64,000 bases of DNA from the human T2T-CHM13v2.0 reference genome, Homo sapiens (GCF_009914755.1 NC_060944.1), one strand, 5' to 3'. Numbered from the stretch's first letter, positions 44,692 to 62,504 are shown. Numbers and translations are program-made. The notes: a model not told the origin generated them from the sequence alone.

Positions 44692-45405
44692 TGAATTTAT
44701 TTGTTGAAGAAACTGGGCCATTTGGTTCAGCGGTGTTCCCCGCAGTCTGGATTTTGCTGATTACGTCTCCCTGGTGTGTTTAACTTGCTTCTTCACTCTA
44801 CTCATTTTCTTACAACCATATGTGGCAGATTTTCCAGGACAGCCCTGGTTTCATTTTGGCCTCATTCTGGATGTTTCTTATTATCTAACCTAATTTTAAG
44901 CTTTAGAAGTTGTGGTCCGAGTAAAAGATACCATGAATTGAGCAAGAACCACATGCCAGATGCTGTTCTGAGCATTTCACTGGAATTGACTAGAGGATAG
45001 GTGTACTGTTACTATCCCCCTTTATAGGTGGGGAAACCAAGGCAGAAAGGTCACCTAGCTGGGAAACGATGGGGCTAATAAGCAGTGGGGCAGCTGGGTC
45101 TGTGCCCGTGACCAACGCTCTACCAAAATGAATGAATGTGTGAATACATGCCCTTCTTTTGCCTGGACTGGAAAGAGATTTTCACTTCTGTGTTTTCTGG
45201 CTTTAAAAAAATTACCTTTCATACAAAAATTAGCTGGGTGTGGTGGTGGGCGCCTGTAATCCCAGCACTTCGGGAGGCTGAGGCGGGTGGATCACCTGAG
45301 GTCAGGAGTTAGAGACCAGCCTAACCAACATGGAGAAACCCTGTCTCTACTAAAAATAAAAATTAGCCGGGAGTGGTGGCAGGCACCTGTAATCCCAGCT
45401 ACTCA

Positions 45406-45510
<105 letters not shown>

Positions 45511-46089
45511 TCAAATAAAATAAAATAAAATAAATAAAAGTAAAAAATTACCTTTCCATAGATTTCTTTAGTAATTTGCTCATTTTCCATTAATTCTTTT
45601 ACTTGTCAGTCATTTGACCCAGGCTCTGTGCTGGGGAGTGAAAGCCCCTCTCTGCCTACTTGGAGCTCCTGTGTAAGCAAAGGGCTGTCATTCAGTGGGT
45701 TAAATGCTGACTTAAAAGTGTGGGTGGACATTCAAAGGCAGAATTGGCTTTGCCAGGCATAGCACCAGGGAGCTAGGGAAGGCTTGACAGGAGCAGTGAC
45801 GCCCGAGTTGGGTCTTGAAGGATGTGTAAGAGTTTGTCAGTAAAGAGAGAAAGGCCCTCTGGGTGGGAAGAACATCCGGGCAAAAGCTCAGGGCAGACAT
45901 GTTTTGTCCGGGCTTGTGGGGAGCCATGAAGTTCTAAGGGCTGAGTCTGACATTCTGGGTCCTGGCCCCTGATAGCCAGAAAGGAAGGTGTCTCTATAGG
46001 GGCTGGAAACGAGGAACCTTTGAGTTCAGAAGATGGCCAGGGGAGGGGGGCCCGGTGAGTCAGACCTGAAGGCCCCTCTTCTCTCCCAG

Positions 46090-46222
46090 GTGTTTCCTTG
46101 TGAACGCTACCTGCGGCGTCATCTGCCCACCCACGGCAGCGGGGGCAGGTTCAAGTGCCAAGTGTGCAAGAAGTTCTTCCGGCGGGAGCATTATCTCAAA
46201 CTGCATGCTCACATCCACTCGG
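46090..46222 (+). CDS. ZNF341: ZNF341 exon 12 (133 nt; [11 protein letters not shown]...HAHIHS)
   Basis: ctctcccag|GTG acceptor; CGG|gtaggt donor. Confidence 0.95.
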
Positions 46223-46249
46223 GTAGGTACCCTGCCCCTGAGAACTCCA

Positions 46250-46880
46250 GCCCAGCCCCTCCCCTCCCCCTCCCCCTCTCCTCATGCCTTTCTCTCTCTT
46301 CCCATCCCCATCTGGCTCTTCTCCCTGTCTCCCTCAGCCCCTTTTCCCTCCACTTCTCCATCTCCCTCCCCATCTCACTCAGTCCCTCCCCTCATCTCTC
46401 TCAGCCCCCGTCTCCCTCCTCCTCCCCATCTCCCTCCTCCTCCCCATCTCCTTCCTCCTCCCCATCTCCCTCCAGCACCCTTCTCCCTCCTCTTCCCCAT
46501 TTCCTTTCCCCTCTCCCTCTCCCTACTCCTCTCCCTCCCCCCTCCCTCCGCCTCCTCACCTCCCTCCCTCTCCCCATCTCCTTCCCCCTCCCCCATCTCC
46601 CTCCCTCTCTCCATCTCTCTCCCCCCCATCTCCCTCACCCTCCCCATCTCCCTCTTCTTCCCCATCTCCCTGCAGCCCCCTTCTCCCTCCTCCTTCCCAT
46701 CTCCCTCTAGCCTCCCTTCCCCTCCCTCTCCCCATCTCCTTCTAGCCCCCTCCAGCCTCCCTCCCCTGTCCTCTCCCCTCTCCCTCCAGCCCCCTCCCCC
46801 TCCTCTCTGTCGCTGTCTGTCTCCCTCCAGCCCTCCTGCCTCTCCCCTTGCTCCTCCTTCCTCTCTCCTTCCTGGCCCCT
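46250..46880. repeat. C/T-rich low-complexity tract with degenerate CTCCCCATCTCCCTCCT units
   Basis: about 630 nt, overwhelmingly pyrimidine on +; 18-nt unit tandem at about 46415-46473. Confidence 0.92.
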
Positions 46881-48382
46881 GATCCACCTGCCTTAATTCA
46901 TGAACAAGGGATTCCCACCACCGCTAAAGCAGAGAAGAGCCCCTGGAGGTTGTGTGGAAGGGACTTTTTATTCTTTTTTTTTTTTTCTTTGAGACAAAGT
47001 CTCGCTCTTGTTGCCCAGGCTGGAGTGCGGTGGCAGATCTTGGCTCACTGCAACCTCTGCCTCCCGGGTTCAAGTGATTCTCCTGCCTCAGCCTCCTGAG
47101 TAGCTGGGATTACAGGCTCCCACCACCATGTCCAGCTAGTTTTTTGTATTTTTAGTAGAAACAGGGTTTTGCCATGTTGGCCAGGCTGGTTTCGAACTCC
47201 TGACCTCAGGTGATCCTCCTGCCTCGGCCTCCCAAAGTGCTGGGATGACAGGCGTGAGGCACTGCACCCAGCCTGTGTGAGGGACTCTTGACTCTGCCCC
47301 CTGTGGTGGGGACACTGCTCTCACTGTAAGTTCCCACTCAAACCTGAACAAAACGCCATCTCCTTGGTTCCCCAGTTGAAACACACTGACATTTTCTTTT
47401 CTATTAATCTTTAGATTTTTTTATTAGTTAAATTTTTTAATTGCTTTTTAATTGAAAAGGATCTAAAGATTGAGAAAACTTGAGGGAAAATCCTTGACGG
47501 GACAAAAGCATATATAAAAAAATAAACTCCCTCTCACTTCAGATGGACAATCCAATGTTTTTCCTTTTTTTTCTTTCCTACGACCTATGGTAAAAAATAC
47601 ATTTCATATTGCAACCCAGGAAGCACACATAGGATGTATTGCAACAAAAGTTTTACAAAACAGTGTTTTCTATTTTGTCCTTTTCAATTTTAGTTTTTTT
47701 ATTTTTTATTTTTATTTTGAGACAGGGTCTCACTCTGTCACCCAGGCTGGAGTGCAATGGTATGATCTCACTACAACCTCCGCCTCCCAGGTTCAAGCCA
47801 TTCTCGTGCCTCAGCCTCCCGAGTAGCTGGGATTACAGGCGCCCACCACATGCCTGGCTAATTTCTGTATTTTCAGTAGAGACGGGGTTTCACCATGTTG
47901 GCCAAGATGGTCTCAAACTCCTGGCCTCAGGTTACCCACCCACCTTGGCCTCTCAAAGTGCTGGGATTACAGATGCAAGCCACCACACCCAGCCTATTTT
48001 TAATTCTTAAAATAACCACCAACAGGGTGTAACTTGTGGTTTGCAGTTTGCAAAATACTCCTAATTCTCTTCCCCAAAGGTAACTGTTAGCGGTCTAGTC
48101 TGCATTCTTCTAGTTTTATTTTACACATATATAAAACGCTTGCTTACGTTTGCAAAAATGAGCACATACTATAACTTATGTGCCTTTTTTTCCTTATCAT
48201 ATACCTTGGCGATGTTCCCCAAGGAATGTGTGCTTACAGTTCCCCTGGAGGCTAAATTCTGTGGGTCCCCCTCCCCCGGGCCCCCCCCAGAAGTTGTTAC
48301 CAACAGCACCTTCTTTTTCACATCTGAGTAGTCTTCCTCAATGAATTTTTCATCTTGTATTTAGCCAGTTCTCTATGTATGA

Positions 48383-48763
<381 letters not shown>

Positions 48764-49015
48764 TAGGAGTGGAAATGCTAGGTTAAAATGCATGTGTAAT
48801 ACTGAGTTTCAGTTTGGGATGATGAAAAAATTCTAGAGACAGATGATGGTGATGGTTGCATGATGGTGCAAATGTACTTATGCCACTGAACTATACACTT
48901 AAAAGAAGCTTAAGATGGTCAATTTTCTGTTATGTATATTTCTCCACAATAAAGAAGGGAAAAGAAGTAATGCATTGTAAGTTTGATATTACCAAATTGC
49001 TCTTTATGGCTTTTA

Positions 49016-49393
<378 letters not shown>

Positions 49394-50444
49394 TTATTAT
49401 AAAAATGGAAACAATATAGGAGTACATAAAGTAAAATGTTAAATTTCCCCTTCAAGTTGTAGTTGCCACTGACACTTTGGTCTGTCCTTTCCCTACACCT
49501 CCCCATCTTTCTTCCTGCATCTTCAGTTTATTTACAGAGACACATGGCCAGGGCTTTTTTGGGGTGTGCAGGTTGTATTTTTTCTTTCTTTTTTTTTTGT
49601 TGGAGCTTACATATCCAGTAGGGATTATATTTTTTTCTAAGAAAGACGAGATTGTGTTAAGCTGTTCTACTGCTTTCTTTCCCCACTAGCAGTATGTCCA
49701 GGAGATCTTTCCAGATCAGGAAACACAGATTGACCTTTTTAATCTTTTTAATGACCACAGAGCATTCTATTGTAGGGACCAGCATTTCCGTATCGACTGG
49801 GTTGATGGTTTTTCAGAAGTACTTTATTCATTCCAGAGGGAGAACAGAGAGGAAATAATGGCAGGAAGTCACAGCAGCCCAGAAACAGCCCCTTCCAAAG
49901 GGCAGGCTGTGACCCCACGGCAACTTTGCAGGCACCTCCCTTGATTTCCTGTGGGTTCCTCAGGTAGCCCATCAGGCAAGAGCTGCCCCAGGACGGGTTT
50001 AACAGCAGGAAGATCTGGGTAGCTCAGATGGGCTCTGGATCACGCTGCTGGGCTGGAATCTTAGCTCCCGCAACCATAGGGGTAGCCCCTGAGCCAGTCC
50101 CTTCACCTCTCTGAACTTCAGTCTTCTTTCTTATCTGTGAAACAGGGATGATGGGAGTCAGTGCCTCCTGGTTTTTTGGAAGGATTCAGTTAGATAAGGT
50201 GTGATTCCTCGTCCCCCAGGGTGGACCGCATTGCCAGAAATGACATGAGGCCACCTTGCTTCTCAGGCCGTGCCTCATCCTTGACTCCTCTCCTCCTCTC
50301 ACAGTCACAGCCAGTCCAGTGGCAAGGGCTGCCGACTGTGCCTTCCCAACATGGCTGTCCTGGGCCACTTCCTGGTTATCCTCACCTCCACCCTCATTCG
50401 AGCTGGTTAAAAGCTTACATCAGAGTCCATCCCTCTGCTGTTCA

Positions 50445-50905
<461 letters not shown>

Positions 50906-51084
50906 TCATCAGCACCGCCAAACGCACTCCTGCCTCAGGGCCTTTGTACCTGCTTTCCCTGCTGCCCAGACCATCTCCCTGATGACCTGAGGTCTCTCCT
51001 CATGCATGGCCTCATCAGAGAGGCCTCTCCTGACCATCCTGTCAAAATAGCCCTGTCTTGTCTCTGGCAAAACAAAGCCACTGA

Positions 51085-51333
<249 letters not shown>

Positions 51334-51422
51334 TGAGTAGAGACTGCCATGCAGGGGGGTGGGTAGCGGGACAGATTCTCCAGGGGTGCTGCTGGGGAGG
51401 GTGGGACAGATGTCAGGCCTGA

Positions 51423-51608
<186 letters not shown>

Positions 51609-51855
51609 TAGGCTGGTCTCGAGCTCCTGACCGCAAGTGATCCATCCACCTCGGCCTCCCAAAGTGCTGAGATTACAGGCGTGAGCCACTGTGCCTGGCC
51701 AGGCCTCTCTCCTTTTATCCTGTCCTGGGCCCTGCCTGCCTCACTTCCCACCCTACCTCCTTGCCCAGCCCTTAGGGTGGACAAGGCTGTCCCTTGTGCC
51801 CAGGGCTAGTGGAGGGGCCAGCAAGAGGATCCTAAGCTTGGTGAGCTCCCCCTGA

Positions 51856-52038
<183 letters not shown>

Positions 52039-52430
52039 TGAGGCTTGTTTTCCCTGCCTGGCACATTCCAGCCAGCACTTTCACTTATGTGGGCTATGAG
52101 CCAGGCCTGTGTTAGGGACTTAAGGGTGAACAGAGATGAATCAGACACAGTCCCCCAGTCCAAGGAGGAAGCTGACCTGAGCAGAGATGACTCAGTTGGA
52201 GCAGTGCCCAGTGTAATAGAGGTGTGGACGAGGTGTGGAGGGAATCAGATTCCAGCCAGGTCCAAGACATGGCCAGGAAGCTTCTTTGATAGGGCAGGGC
52301 AGGGGTCTCCAAGCCACTCCTCAGTTTCTCAGCGCCTCCTCAGAGCAGCCTGGCTGGCTTTCCACATGCCAGCCGAGGTCTAAAACAAGGTTCTTCAACC
52401 CTGGCACCATTGACAATTTGGGCCAGATAA

Positions 52431-52667
<237 letters not shown>

Positions 52668-53305
52668 TGATCTGCCCGCCTTGGCCTCCCAAGGTGCTGG
52701 GATTACAGGTGTGAGCCACCGGCGCCTGGCCTGTAATCCTGTAGATAATTTTGTCCTGGGGGCTGTCCTGTGCCCTGTAGGATTTTTAGCAGTATCCCTG
52801 GCTTCTATCTACTGGTGTCAGTGGCATCCCCCCACAGTTGTGACAACCAAAAATGTCTCTAGGCATTGCTGAGTCCTCTGGGGGGTAAAGTCTCCCTTGT
52901 TTGAGAAGGTTTACAGAAAGGAGTCAGTCACTAAAGAAAGTGTGAAAACTGGGAGAGTAGGTCAATGACTTGGACACACAGGGCTGGGTTGGAGTCTTAG
53001 TGCTGCCATGTTCCTGTGGGTGGCCTCAGGCGTCACGGCCCCTCCCTGAGCCTGAGATGACCTGGCAAAGCGAGCCAAGGTGCAGAGAGTGAGCAGCTGT
53101 TCCAGGCAGAGGAGAATGGCAAGTACAAAGGCGCAGAGGGAGGAGCCAGCGTGGCATCTCTGAGGAGAGCGAGTGTGGCTGGCGCAGAGAGTGGCTGGAA
53201 GAAGGCAGACGACGAGGGTGGAGAGAGCTGGGGCCAGATCACACAGGTGCTGGTGGGGAAAGAGCCTGGATTTTATTCCCAGCGCAGGGCACTGTTGCGG
53301 GGTGA

Positions 53306-53875
<570 letters not shown>

Positions 53876-54394
53876 CGGACCTGAGGTGTCTGTTTCCTGG
53901 GCAGGCCTGATGCTCCTGTTTGGGTCCAGGGCCCCTGGGGGCAGACCGGTGATCCTTACCAGTGGAAGCGAGCCATCGAGCCATTGGCAGAAATCCTGCT
54001 GAATGTCATTCAGAAACCTCAGCCCATGGTCGCCCTCCTGTGCCCCTCTCCTGCCGGAAAGCCCTGCAACATTCTAGGGTTGGGGGCAGGGCCATCCACG
54101 GTTTCTGGGCAGAGCCATGGTGGCAGGAGAGAGATGGCTGAAGCCTGAGCAGCCCAGAGTCCCGCTGGTCTAGGCTGGTGGTCGGGGCCCCTGGGAGAGG
54201 AGACAGGGCATTCCTCCCCACTCTGTCTCCAGGCTGCCTCTGGGTAGCCTCTAGTCTGCTGTTCTTCAGGAGGCCTGCCATAAACTCTTCGGAGTTTACG
54301 TGTTGCACCTTTTCACAGACGGTTCCCCACAGCATCCTCAGACAGCTCTGTGATGTAGCTTTTAGGAGGCACTCAGGTGTCACGGCTAGACTGC

Positions 54395-54615
54395 AGCTAT
54401 GAGACAGATCTGGCTTCAAATCCAAGAGTTGCCATGCACTTGCTGTGTGACCTTGGGCAAGTCACTTCACTTCTCTGAGCCCCGTGTTCCTCATCTGTAC
54501 AATGGGGCTTACGATACTACTACCTCATAGGGTTGTCCTGGGGATCCAGTATGATGAAGTGCGCCAGGGGCTTGGCATGGTGCCCGGCACGCAGAAAGTG
54601 CTCAATAAATGTTTT
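54395..54615 (+). mobile_element. MIR element forming the end of the 3' UTR
   Basis: core ctgtgtgaccttgggcaagtcacttcacttctctgagcc..ttcctcatctgt; 3' end gtgctcaataaatg. Confidence 0.88.
54604..54609 (+). terminator. Polyadenylation signal AATAAA of ZNF341
   Basis: first AATAAA after the stop; followed by gtttttgtc and gtgtcc U/GU-rich sequence. Confidence 0.85.
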
Positions 54616-54674
54616 TGTCATAACGTGTCCGGGTGGCCTGGGCCAAGCTGTGGCAGTTTCCTTCTTTGCCCCTA

Positions 54675-55335
<661 letters not shown>

Positions 55336-56470
55336 TCAGGATAGTTAGCCACCTCCAAATCCGTTGTAAACAAGATCAGAAATCCCTCTCGTGTCGGCAT
55401 CTGGAGGCCATCAATGTCACCGCGTCCAGTGCTTCCTCCTACCTCTCAGCTGGTCCCGGTGGGAGGTGGACCGGGCTCATGAGGAGGCGGGAAGGAGAAA
55501 AGGGCCTTGACTAGTGTTTTCCTGTTTATCTTCACAGCCACCCTTCTGGGCTGTTGGACTCCATTTGATGACTGAATTGTTTTGAAGGCTGGCAGGTCCC
55601 TCAGGCATCTGTGTTGGATCTCAGGGCTGGAACTCAGAGCCAGGCCCAGCTTCCCACATCCTCAGGAAGGGTGTGACGCGGCAGGAGGGACAGAGTTGAT
55701 GGGGGTGAGGTGTGTAAGTGTACCGGCCTGCACAAAGGCCCGAGGGGGACTGGTGGGGACAGGAAGTCAGAGGGGATGCCCCTGGAGCTGGGCCTTGGCC
55801 CGGGGTGCTTTGATGGGTGGATGGATAGGGGAAGGTGTGCTGGGTGAGAGCAGGGCGCGTGCAAACACCTTGGGGTGGGACAGTGCCGGGCCTGCTATGT
55901 TCTGGGGCCGGCGGATGTTCCAGGGTGACCAGAGGTCTCAGAGGAGTAGGTGGATAATGATCATGGCTGTTGCTTCACCTTCTCCACACGAGGGACACTG
56001 TGCCAGGCTATTTACAGTCACGTCGCCTCAGCCTGTCATGTGAGTGCTGTTACTTTCTGTATTTTACAGCTGAGAAAACCCAGGCCCAGAGGGGTAAACT
56101 TCCTTACCCAAGCTCACACAGCCAGGAAAGCTGCAGAGCTGGGACTCAAGCCACGGCAGCCTGCCTCCATGGGTTCTTAGCCACTTTCCACGATTGAAGT
56201 GTGGGTTGATGAATCAGAGAGGGCCTTAGATGTGGGTTAAGGAATCTGGACTTTATTCTCCACATAATGAAGGGGAGTCATGGGAGACAGTGAACATTTT
56301 TAAAAGTTGTAACAATGGCATTGAAAGAAATGTGAAGAACGACATCTTCAGCCGGGTGTGGTGGCTCACTCCTATAATCCCAGCACTTTGGGAGGCCGAG
56401 GCGGGTGGATCACCCGATGTCAGGAGTTTGAGACTATCCTGGCCAACATGGTGAAACCCCATCTCTACTA

Positions 56471-56692
<222 letters not shown>

Positions 56693-57071
56693 CTATAGCT
56701 TCTTCCTGTCAGTGCACACAGGCATACACGTCTACTGGTAATCACGAGAACTAACATTTATTAGTTATCGAATGAATGCCTGGCACCATCCCCAGCACCT
56801 CAATGTAGGCACTACTTTTAAGCCCATTTTGCAGCTGAGATGAGGCAACAGGCACATTAAGGTTAAGCAGCCCAAAGTCACACAGGAGGGAAGTAGCAGA
56901 GCCAAGCCACAGATAAGGACATACCAAGATCAGCTATAATGTTTAACAGAAAGTTGGTGACAAATCCCAGCACTTTGAGAGGCCGAGGCAGGCAGATCAC
57001 GAGGACAGGATATCAAGACCATCCTGGCTAACATGGTGAAACCCTGTCTCTACTAAAAATACAAAAAATTA

Positions 57072-57212
<141 letters not shown>

Positions 57213-57215
57213 TCA

Positions 57216-57256
<41 letters not shown>

Positions 57257-57400
57257 AAAAAAGAAAGTTGGAGATAGCTGCTCCAGGACCCCAGGGTCTG
57301 CCACCGAACTCCAAGATGCTGGACAGAGTGGAGCATAAAAAGGGGCTGGCCTAGGCATCCAGGGTCTCACTCCACCCCCAGAAAGATCACAGTTTTTTTA

Positions 57401-57680
<280 letters not shown>

Positions 57681-58425
57681 TTACTCTAAGAGTAAACTCT
57701 GTCTCAAAAAAAAAAAAAAAAAAAAAGAGAAAGATTACAGTCTTTGGTATCAAGCAGAGCTGGGTTTGAATTCTGGCTCTGCCCCCTCCTAGCTGTGTGA
57801 CTATGGCGAGTCACTTCACCTTTCTGAACCTCAGTTTCCTTGTGTCAGTGTGGAGAATAATAGTACCTACCTGGCGAGGTTGATGTCACAATTCACGGAA
57901 ATAATTCAGGTAAAGCAGAGATCACAAATTGGCCGCTCATGGCAGCCTCCAGACAGTTTGGCATTCACAGTGTCTGAAAAAGTAAGCCAACGTTTAAAAA
58001 CAAATTTAAAATATACTACAGTGGTGAAGTGTCAGGAATGACACAAGGATGCCTGCTGTTATGACTCCAATATTACATTAGTGGCCTGGCCAGAATAATA
58101 GAGCAAGAAAAAGAAATAAATAGTATCAGGATTGGAAAGGGTGAGATAATAGCAAGGGTGCTGAAATAATAGCAAGATCAATATATACAAATCTACTATG
58201 CTCCTATACTCCAGAAGCAATTAGAAAATGTAAAAAATTGGGACATTTGGGCCAGGCGTGGTGGCTTACACCTGTAATCCCAGAACTCTGGCAGGCTGAG
58301 GTGGGTGGATCATGAGGTCAGGAGATTGAGACCAACCTGGCCAACGTGGCAAAACCCTGTCTCTACTAAAAAATACAAAAAATTAGCCGAGCATGGTGGT
58401 GCGTGCCTGTAATCCCAGCTACTCA

Positions 58426-58644
<219 letters not shown>

Positions 58645-60331
58645 CTATTTTATTTTTATACGTCACCCTTGACATTATATTAGACATTTGTTTATTGTCT
58701 GTTGTCCTCATTAGAAACAAAAGGTCCACAAAGGCATCGACTTTTGTCTGTTTTGTTCCTGAAGTATCTACAGTGCTTAGACCTTCCCAGGAATTGTTCA
58801 ATCAATATTTGTCGAATGAATAAACAACAGCACTTTGAGAGAAGAAGGCTCACTTTACCCACCCGCTCCTCTCACCCCAGGGAGACCAGAGAATCTGTCA
58901 TGTAGACCGAGATATGACTGACCCAGGGTCCTGGGAAGTAATGTCTGATATAAAAGGATATCTTCCTTTGTTCAAAGAGGGAGCAGAGAATATCTGGGCC
59001 AAATGACTAAGGCAGGTGGCTTGGAAGTCTCGACAGAGCAGGTGGAAGTCGACAGAGCAGGTGTCCCTGTGGCCCAGGGAACTGGTTGGACTAGTTTTGT
59101 CTCCTTTGGGGAGGAAGGAGTGGAGGTGGCAGCTACGGGTGCTCCCAACCCCCAAGGCTGCCAGCAAGTGACCCCCCCACACACAAGGCTTTCAGGGCCT
59201 GAAGGGTGGTGATCAGGGAGGTGAGCAGGCTCCATCTAAGGATTGGCAGTGACTTCTTACTAGCTGAGGGTGCCTCAGGTAGGCTTAGGCACAGAACCCA
59301 ACTTTAGGGCCTTGCGTCCTTTGAAGAATCACAGAGAATAAACAGGCCCAGGGAGAGAAAAGGTCTTGTCCAAAGTCTCATCAAGGCAAGGCTGTTTCCC
59401 AGGCCACTGCTACCTCAGTCCACTTATTTATTGATTAAATATTTCTTGAGTACCTATGACGTGCCAAGCATAGTTCTTTGATGATACATCATGAGCAAAA
59501 CAATCATTTGTGGAGATCCTTTGTGGAGGAAGCAGAAGATAAACAACAAAGTAAATAAGTAAGTTATAGATGTTAGGAGGTGACGAGGACTATAGAGAAG
59601 GAAAAAAAGTAGAGGTGAGTAGAGGTTTTGAGAGTTTGGGGGGTGCTGGTGTGTTTGAGGAAGAGTAGAGGGGCCAGTGTGATTGGAGTGAGGCACTGGA
59701 AAGGGGGAGGGCAAGGAGGTGACAGGAAAATCATGACATCATGTAGGGACTTGAGGGACATTGAAAGGACTTTGGGTTTTACTTGAGGGACGTGGAGAGC
59801 CATTGGAGGATTGTGAGCATTCAGTGACTGGATCCGACATACATATGTATGTCCAGTGTCAAAACATATATATGTGTGTGTGTGTACATATATGTATATA
59901 TATATGTGTGTGTATATATATATGTCAGATGTCAAAAAAATATATATATATAATTTTTTTTTTCCTGAGACAGAGTCTCTCTCTGTCACCCAGGCTGGAG
60001 TGCAGTGGCGTGATCTCAGCTCACTGCAACCTCCAACTCCCAGATTCAAGCGATTCTCGTGCCCCTGCCTCCTGAGACTACAGGTGCATGCCACCATGCC
60101 CAGCTAATTTTTGTATTTTTAGTAAAGATAGGGTTTCACCATGTTACCCAGGCTGGTCTTGAACTCCTGGCCTCAAGTGATCCGCCTGCCTCGGCCTCCC
60201 AAAATGCTGGGATTATAGGGATGAGCCACTGTGCCCAGCCAAACACATATTTTTTAAAGGATACCTCTGCTTACCATGTAGAGAATGAGCTGGAAGGAAT
60301 AAAGATGGAGACAGGAAGGCCAATGAGGAAG

Positions 60332-60763
60332 AGTATTAGGTTCCTCTTGCTTCTGTAATAAAGAATCAGAAACTTAGTGGCTTAAACCAACACAGATCTT
60401 ATCACTCTGGAGGTCAGAAGTCTGATATGGTTCCCACTGGACTAAAATCAAGTGTTGGCAGGGCTTTGTCCTTCCAGAGGCTCTAGGGGAGAATCTGTTC
60501 CATTGTCTTTTCCGGTTTCTAGAAGCCACCTGCATTCCTTGGCTTGTGGCACCTTTCTCCATTCAAAGGCAGAAGGGCAGCATCCTGCCAGTCTCTGACT
60601 CTGAAACCTCTTGCTTCTGTTTTGTGATTACATTGAGGCCAGCTGGATAATCCACAATAAGCTCATCATTTCAAACTCCTTAACACTTCTACAAAGTCCA
60701 TTTAAGGTGAGATTCTGGGGATGAGGACATGGACGTCTTTGAAGGACCATTATCCTGCCCACC
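60332..60763 (-). mobile_element. MLT1 (C/D-like) MaLR LTR inside an L2 relic
   Basis: aacttagtggcttaaa..ctggaggtcagaagtc...ctagaagccacctgcattccttggcttgtggc...ctggggatgaggacatggac. Confidence 0.75.
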
Positions 60764-61688
60764 AGGAGGCTACTGCAATAGTGCAGGCAAGAGATGATGG
60801 TGGCTTTGACCAGAGTAACCACAATGAAGATGGTAAGAAATGATAGCTTTCTGGATATATTTTGATGATAGAGCCAACAGGATATTCTAAGGGATTGGAT
60901 GTGGACTTTTCCTTCCTCGTGCAGGTAGACTTCTAGTCTACCTGTGCCTTGGGCCTGCGCCTGGGTGAGGATGAGGGTTTCCCTGGGGTAAAGTCCAGGG
61001 AGTCACAGTCATTGACTGGAGCCTGTGTGGCCGTCTAGGGCCTGCTGCATGGCCTGCATGTGGTCAGACAAATGGGTATGGAGTAGGCCCTGTAACCCAC
61101 CATTAGCACAAGTGTAGGGTCCTTTCTGGTCAACAGTTTCACCCACCTCCCCCTCACTCCTCACTTAACCCCTCAAGTTCTGCTGGGTTGGGCCTTTCCT
61201 GCCCCCATCGCTTACTTTGCCCCACTCCCCTGGGAGGTGAGACCTGCTCCCAGGCCCACCACACTTTATTTATTTACCTGTTTGTAGGTGTGAGTGTCTC
61301 TCTGTTCATTCATTATTTGCATGTAGGCAGAATAGCACAGTGGCTAAACTGGTTGCCTTTACAGTAAGAATCCCAGCTCTGCCTCCTACAAGTGTGTGAT
61401 CTTAGGCAAGCTGTCCAACCTCTGTTAATGTATAAAATGGGAACAATAAAGCCTACCTCATATAGTTGTTGTGTGGGCTAAATGAGGTAATGCATGTAAA
61501 ATCCTCGGCTCAGTGTCTGGCTTAGCATAAAGTGCTGATGAAGATTCTCTGTTATTTTCTCACGGTTCAAGTGCCAACCAGTCCACTCAATAATGGTGTG
61601 ATCTTCGGCAAGTTATTCAACCTCTCCAAGCTTCTGTTTCCTCAGCTGTAATCTGTAACTACCTCATAGAACTATAGTTGGATGATTA

Positions 61689-62294
<606 letters not shown>

Positions 62295-62504
62295 TCATTA
62301 CTTCAACGCACTTTTAAAAATTGAGATAAGGGGCCGGGCGCAGTGGCTCACGCCTGTAATCCCAGCACTTTGGGAGGTTGAGGTGGGCAGATCATGAGGT
62401 CAGGAGTTTGAGACCAGCCTGGCCAACATGGTGAAACCTGTCTGTACTAAAAATACAAAAATTAGCTGGGCGTGGTGGCGCATGCCTGTAATCTCAGCTA
62501 CTCA

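Larger units (their letters stand above)
53876..54625 (+). other. ZNF341: ZNF341 3' UTR (about 750 nt; end approximate)
   Basis: from the stop codon to the first downstream AATAAA plus about 15 nt. Confidence 0.8.

Noticed and set aside
46033-46887. Long Pro/Ser/Leu and Gly/Arg/Glu ORFs (225, 260, 153, 170 aa)
   Set aside because: Open only because the C/T tract cannot form stop codons; only 46090-46222 is a real exon
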